DNA of 13,142 bases, from positions 1 through 13,142 of the forward strand of contig JAYEOX010000029.1 of the NCBI GenBank assembly GCA_034723415.1, read 5' to 3'. Below the pieces are notes generated by a model, which was not told the DNA's origin, searched no databases, and worked only from the letters and a program-made list of their open reading frames with translations. This DNA is from Fidelibacterota bacterium. GTDB taxonomy: Bacteria; Fidelibacterota; Fidelibacteria; Fidelibacterales; Fidelibacteraceae. The translations under genes were made by a program, and so were the position numbers. Shown in pieces: positions 8,736 to 13,142 of the stretch (the first letter of the stretch is position 1; each line of letters opens with the position of its first letter).

Positions 8736-11300
8736 ATGAGCGCTAATAAAAAAGATAAAAGAATATCATTTTCAAAAATTCTTGGGAAAAGAAAAGGGAA
8801 AGACACCTCTTCTAAAAGTGAAGAAAACAATAATTCCCATGATAACCCAAAACCTAGATCCACAACTATAAAGAAATCTAGATCTAGACCTAGACCTAAT
8901 CCAAGGCAGAATCAACAGCCAAATTTTATTTATGACAATGGAATTGCAACAAATACAAACATTAATGGAAACAATATAAAAAAGAACATTGAATCCGGTA
9001 ATGGGTCTGATGAAATAGGGTCCGGAATTGCTTTACAAGAATATCTTAACGTATTATTCCATTATAAATGGATGATATTAACTATATTTATTACAGTATT
9101 ATTGGCAGTTGTAGCATTATCCTATTTACAAGAACCGGTTTACAAAGCTAGAACCAAGATTTTCATTCAAGAAGATGTAATGGAATTGCAAGTTATTAAT
9201 GAGAAACCTTATTTTAAGAAGGGGTATGATCTACAAACTTGGATTCAAATTATGGAATCTACTGAAATTACACAAAGGGCATCAGATACAATATCGAATA
9301 GAGCAACTCCCTCTGAAATTTCTAGAATGATAGATTACACCACAGAAAGAGATGACGAACATATCATAACGGCTACAGCAACATCTAATGATCCACAATT
9401 GGCGGCTGATGTTGCAAATGCTGTATTTTATGCTATATCTCAATATGATACTGAACAAAGGTTAAGGGGGTATACTTATTCTACGGGATATCTTGACCAA
9501 CTTATACACGAGAAAAGAAAAGAACTTAATGAAACAACCAATTTTATTGAAAAATTCATGAATAAAAAAGGTATTGATGCTAATACTGTGAATCTGGAAA
9601 ATAATGTTACCCGAGTTAATGAACTCCAAAAACAAATTGATGATAGTCGAGTAGAATTAGCAGCAGTAACAGCAAGTGTTAAAAAAATTAATCATGATTT
9701 GAAACGTGAAGAACATTCCATTGTTAATCAGACCACATATAGCGAACCATATAAAATTAGATTAATGAATCTTGAAGCTGATAAAGCAAGAGCATTGACC
9801 AATTATACAGCACAACATCCTAGGGTAAGAGCTATAGAGGCAAATATTAATAATGTTAAAAAATTGATAAAAGAAGGTATCAACGAAACGATTCAATTAA
9901 AAAATGTTGAAGAAAATCCCATAAAGCGCAGATTAGTTAATGATCTTTTAGAGAAAGAAACAGAAAAAGTAGCATTAGAGCAAAAAATTGAAGCTTTAAA
10001 AAAATTACTTTCTGAAATTAAGATATCACCGGATGCCAAAGAAATTTTGCAAGATAAATTCAATAGCAAAAAAGACCTGATTATTCAAATAAGTAATCTT
10101 CAGGCCCAATATAGCAAGGCAAAATTGAATACCAACATTTCATCAAGTAGATTATTTCAACTTCAGGTAGCTGAAGTTCCAACCAAGTCCTCTTCAGATA
10201 ATTTGAAGAGAGATATCATGATTGGAATAGTATTAGGCCTTGGTTTAGGAATTGGGATAGCATTATTATTAAATTTCTTTAATGATACAATACGTTCTGT
10301 TAGTGAATATGAAGAGAAATATACAATTCCGGTAATTGGTAATATTCCTAAAACCGATACAAATGTATTTGAACAGTTGGTTAATTATTGGGACCAAGAG
10401 GGTGAAGCTAAAGAAGATAAAAAAACAAACAAAACTGATGGCAAATCAGATGAAGTTGAGAAAAAAAATGATGACACAGCTAAGATAAATCCAAAATTTG
10501 TAGATGAATTTTTGAAAATTGAATCAATATTTGAACCCATTATAATTAATTTCAAATATTTAATATTAAGTAAAGATCAAAAGGTTTTTGCAATACAAAG
10601 TTCTTTGTCTGGAGAAGGGAAAACATTTATTTCCTATTTTCTAGCAAATAATTTAGCAAAAGAGAATCTTGATGTGCTTTTAATAGATGCTGATTTTTAC
10701 AAACAAACTCTTTCCAAAAAGTTAGGGTTCAGGAATAAAGGGGGATTAAGCGAAGTTCTGAGTGAGCAAGTTGAATTAAATGATGCCATTGCTCATAATA
10801 AAGATAGTAAATTTTTGTTTTTACCAGCCGGCCAAAAGCCTCCCAATATTTTAGAAATGTATAGATCGTCAAATTTTCAATATATATTAGATGAATTAAG
10901 GGAGATGTATGATATCGTAATCATTGACACTCCTGCATTTTTACAAGTGCCTTCAATTGCATATTTCTTATCTGAAGTAGATGGTACTATTCTTCCCGTG
11001 AAAATTAATTCTACCACTTTTTCAAGCTTGAATAAGGAAATTGCAAAGTCTGAAATATACAATGTTAACATTTTAGGCGCTATTATGAACTTTACACAAT
11101 TTATCGATAATAAATATGACTATGGCTATGGATACGGATACGGTGAAGAGGAAGATTTAGATAAAAAAGGTAAAAAAGATAAAAAGAAAATCAAAAATAT
11201 AAAAAAAGATGTGAGCAAAACTCAAAAACCGAAACTAAATATGTTTCAGCGAATTTATTCAAGTGCCAAGGATTTTTTATTCTTTGAAGAAGAGGAATAA
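8736..11300 (+). CDS. wzc: Polysaccharide co-polymerase / BY tyrosine kinase (Wzc/GumC-like, PCP-2a)
   Basis: Wzz N-domain (LQEYLNVLFHYKWMIL plus TM1, PVYKARTKI), coiled-coil periplasmic region with YTAQHPRV, Gly-rich TM2 (GIVLGLGLGIGIALL), Walker A SSLSGEGKT, A' LLIDAD, B IVIIDTP, and Tyr cluster YDYGYGYGYG. Confidence 0.92.
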   Translation: MSANKKDKRISFSKILGKRKGKDTSSKSEENNNSHDNPKPRSTTIKKSRSRPRPNPRQNQQPNFIYDNGIATNTNINGNNIKKNIESGNGSDEIGSGIALQEYLNVLFHYKWMILTIFITVLLAVVALSYLQEPVYKARTKIFIQEDVMELQVINEKPYFKKGYDLQTWIQIMESTEITQRASDTISNRATPSEISRMIDYTTERDDEHIITATATSNDPQLAADVANAVFYAISQYDTEQRLRGYTYSTGYLDQLIHEKRKELNETTNFIEKFMNKKGIDANTVNLENNVTRVNELQKQIDDSRVELAAVTASVKKINHDLKREEHSIVNQTTYSEPYKIRLMNLEADKARALTNYTAQHPRVRAIEANINNVKKLIKEGINETIQLKNVEENPIKRRLVNDLLEKETEKVALEQKIEALKKLLSEIKISPDAKEILQDKFNSKKDLIIQISNLQAQYSKAKLNTNISSSRLFQLQVAEVPTKSSSDNLKRDIMIGIVLGLGLGIGIALLLNFFNDTIRSVSEYEEKYTIPVIGNIPKTDTNVFEQLVNYWDQEGEAKEDKKTNKTDGKSDEVEKKNDDTAKINPKFVDEFLKIESIFEPIIINFKYLILSKDQKVFAIQSSLSGEGKTFISYFLANNLAKENLDVLLIDADFYKQTLSKKLGFRNKGGLSEVLSEQVELNDAIAHNKDSKFLFLPAGQKPPNILEMYRSSNFQYILDELREMYDIVIIDTPAFLQVPSIAYFLSEVDGTILPVKINSTTFSSLNKEIAKSEIYNVNILGAIMNFTQFIDNKYDYGYGYGYGEEEDLDKKGKKDKKKIKNIKKDVSKTQKPKLNMFQRIYSSAKDFLFFEEEE
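8877..8906 (+). repeat. In-frame imperfect 6-bp tandem repeat encoding SRSRPRPNPR
   Basis: TCTAGA TCTAGA CCTAGA CCTAAT CCAAGG within the disordered N-terminus of wzc. Confidence 0.6.
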
Positions 11301-12544
11301 TGAATAGAAAATACAGAAGATACACTAGTAATAACAATAATAATAAGAAGAAGAAAAATAACAAAACATTAATAATTATCGTTATCATTTGCTTTCTAAT
11401 TGCATTATTATCACTAAAGATCATATTTTTTTCATCAAAAACAATTATTGAACGAGAAAAAATTTATGCCGGTATAGGCGGGGCGGTTAAAGATGGTGGC
11501 GTTTATGAGATCAATGAAGACACCAGAATTTATGAATTGATATTATCAGCAGAAGGTTTAAAAGAAAGAGCAGATATAAAAAATATCAATGTTGAAGAAA
11601 AAGTTGTTCCTTTTGAAGTTTATTGTATTCCATATTTACTTAAAAAGACATTAAAAAAAGTCATTACCCCTAAAAAAGCGCCACCCGTTAAAACAGTAGA
11701 AAAAAAATTAGATTTTGAAACAAGAAAAATCAATTATGTTTATGTCGGTTTACCAAGAACATTTTTATTGATTTCTGTGTATCCCGAATTGGATTATATT
11801 TTTACACTGCATATCCCTTGGTATACTTTAGCTACTGCTGAATTTGAATATCCAAGAACACTTTACGAAGTATATCTGACTGGAGGCATTCCATTTATGT
11901 TAAGAGGAATTCAAAGAATTACCGGAGAAACAATAGATCATTATTTTGCCCATGATAGGCCTTCATGGATTAATTTCATTGATTATTTGGGTGGAGTTGA
12001 AATGAATATTCCAGATGAATTTGCTGAGGAATATCATCTTCAAGTCGGTAAACAGAAGATCAGTGGTGTGTTAACTTGGGAATTAATTCGTTTCATTAGC
12101 AAGGAAAATAGACGAAATAAGACTTGGATCACGGGATCTCAAAATAGAATTTTTATACAACAAGAATTTATGAAATCATTATTTAGAAAATTTAAACATT
12201 TGAATATTGTGGATCAAGCCGGAATAGTAAAGAAAATATTATCTGAGGCAGAAACTGATATGAAAATAGATGATGCAATAAAATTAGCCTCTGATGTTAA
12301 ACAATTAAAAAACACAGGGAAAGATTTTAATACATTGCCGGGGTCAATACGAGAGTTCGACAACAGACAAATGATGGTGCCAAATTTAAACGAGTTTGAT
12401 ATTCAAAGAGTGAAATTACTATATGAAGAACATTCTAAACAACTTGGATTTAAAACAAGTGATAAAGGCGGATTTGGTGGAGGTGAGGAAACTCTTGATG
12501 AACTTAGAAGGAAATATAAAGAAAAACTTAAAGGGAAGAAATGA
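11300..12544 (+). CDS. Membrane-anchored SLBB (ComEA-type) plus degenerate LytR-CpsA-Psr (LCP) domain fusion protein
   Basis: Basic N-terminus then one TM (aa ~24-44). Residues ~55-111 (IYAGIGGAVKDGGVYEINEDTRIYELILSAEGLKERADIKNIN...VYCIP) resemble the SLBB of ComEA N-termini. After a Lys/Pro linker, residues ~144-350 follow the LCP scaffold (YLTGG, ITGETIDHY, FIDYLGGVEMNI, LQVGKQKISG, RIFIQQEFMKSLFRK, ETDM, TLPG). TAATG overlap with wzc. Confidence 0.75.
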   Translation: MNRKYRRYTSNNNNNKKKKNNKTLIIIVIICFLIALLSLKIIFFSSKTIIEREKIYAGIGGAVKDGGVYEINEDTRIYELILSAEGLKERADIKNINVEEKVVPFEVYCIPYLLKKTLKKVITPKKAPPVKTVEKKLDFETRKINYVYVGLPRTFLLISVYPELDYIFTLHIPWYTLATAEFEYPRTLYEVYLTGGIPFMLRGIQRITGETIDHYFAHDRPSWINFIDYLGGVEMNIPDEFAEEYHLQVGKQKISGVLTWELIRFISKENRRNKTWITGSQNRIFIQQEFMKSLFRKFKHLNIVDQAGIVKKILSEAETDMKIDDAIKLASDVKQLKNTGKDFNTLPGSIREFDNRQMMVPNLNEFDIQRVKLLYEEHSKQLGFKTSDKGGFGGGEETLDELRRKYKEKLKGKK

Positions 12545-13142
12545 AAAAAAGTGTAGTGTTGTTAATGATATTTTTAACTATAAATTTGTTTGGTCAGGTA
12601 AATAGTGAAATTTCCAACACACAAAAAAAATCGGTAGAAACGGATAGTGGAAAAGAAGACATTTATTACATACAGCGAGGAGATAGATTAACAATAGAAG
12701 TTATGGAACATCCTGAATTCTCTAAAAGAGTTCAAGTATTACCGGATGGAACTATAGAATATCCAATTCTAGGAAAGATCAAAACAGAGGGGATGACTGT
12801 AAATATATTAAAAAGTGTGATCAAGAGTAATCTACTGCCCTATGTTCCTTCTCCAATTGTTTCTATTTATGTTTCTGAAATTTATGGTGAAAAAATTAAT
12901 ATTATTGGGTATATTAATAGTCCCGGAAATTATCAAATCTATAAACCGATAGGTATTGTTGATGCAATTGCTAAAGCAGGTGGTATAGTAAACATGCGAA
13001 GAGTAAAATATGTAAAAATTATTCGAAAAAATGGCTCAGTTATAAATATTAAAATATCAAAACTTTGGGATTCTGATAACGAAAAATATTCACCTGAAAG
13101 AAAACTAATGCTCAGGGCCGGTGATAGTTTAATTATACCAAC
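12541..13142 (+). CDS. wza: Polysaccharide export protein, Wza/OPX family (Poly_export plus SLBB), truncated by the window edge
   Basis: Not in the ORF track; translated by hand: MKKSVVLLMIFLTINLFGQVNSEIS...YYIQRGDRLTIEVMEHPEFSKRVQVLPDGTIEYPILGKIKTEGMTV...PIVSIYV...KINIIGYINSPGNYQI...IVDAIAKAGG...VKIIR...LRAGDSLIIP. It shows the PES motif plus one SLBB domain, with an ATGA overlap with the upstream stop. Confidence 0.92.
   Translation, partial: MKKSVVLLMIFLTINLFGQVNSEISNTQKKSVETDSGKEDIYYIQRGDRLTIEVMEHPEFSKRVQVLPDGTIEYPILGKIKTEGMTVNILKSVIKSNLLPYVPSPIVSIYVSEIYGEKINIIGYINSPGNYQIYKPIGIVDAIAKAGGIVNMRRVKYVKIIRKNGSVINIKISKLWDSDNEKYSPERKLMLRAGDSLIIP

Noticed and set aside
11330..11365. AAT/AAG trinucleotide run encoding NNNNNKKKKNNK as a phase-variation switch
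   Set aside because: The triplet run is imperfect and in-frame, so slippage would not shift the frame. It fits a positive-inside low-complexity tail before the TM.
11462..11632. Calling the 414-aa ORF comEA (DNA uptake)
   Set aside because: Only the SLBB part resembles ComEA. There is no helix-hairpin-helix DNA-binding domain, and the C-terminal region is LCP-like.
2673..12605. Short ORF-track entries (2673-2876, 2880-3098, 3303-3722, 3965-4159, 4453-4638, 6013-6237, 6722-6985, 6976-7476, 7582-7770, 10877-11071, 11191-11424, 12423-12605)
   Set aside because: All are antisense or off-frame shadows overlapping well-supported genes and carry no recognisable motifs.
7900..13142. Horizontally acquired island defined by composition or mobility genes
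   Set aside because: No integrase, transposase, tRNA or att repeat is visible, and I cannot establish a GC or codon shift by eye. Only the gene-order break is reported.

Overview
AT-rich bacterial window from an LPS-producing diderm. Gene content and protein style suggest an FCB-superphylum or related lineage (inference only). Left, minus strand: an M16B zinc peptidase followed by a CE4 polysaccharide deacetylase that runs off the window. A 300-bp divergent intergenic region holds promoter-like sites and a small REP-like hairpin/repeat. Middle, plus strand: a tightly coupled housekeeping run, kdsC-kdsD-[GyrI-like lipoprotein]-lptC-lptB-rpoN-hslV, with no lptA, hpf or hslU in their usual positions. 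Right, plus strand, from 7900: the start of an unusual surface-polysaccharide export locus. It encodes an ExeA/PrsA-like AAA ATPase, a Wzc-type co-polymerase/BY-kinase with atypical motifs and extensions, a membrane-anchored protein fusing a ComEA-type SLBB domain to an apparently catalytically degenerate LytR-CpsA-Psr (LCP) domain, and a non-lipoprotein Wza/OPX protein cut by the window edge. The SLBB-pseudoLCP gene and its context are the best candidate for an undescribed system. All assignments come from motif recognition by eye; no searches were run.
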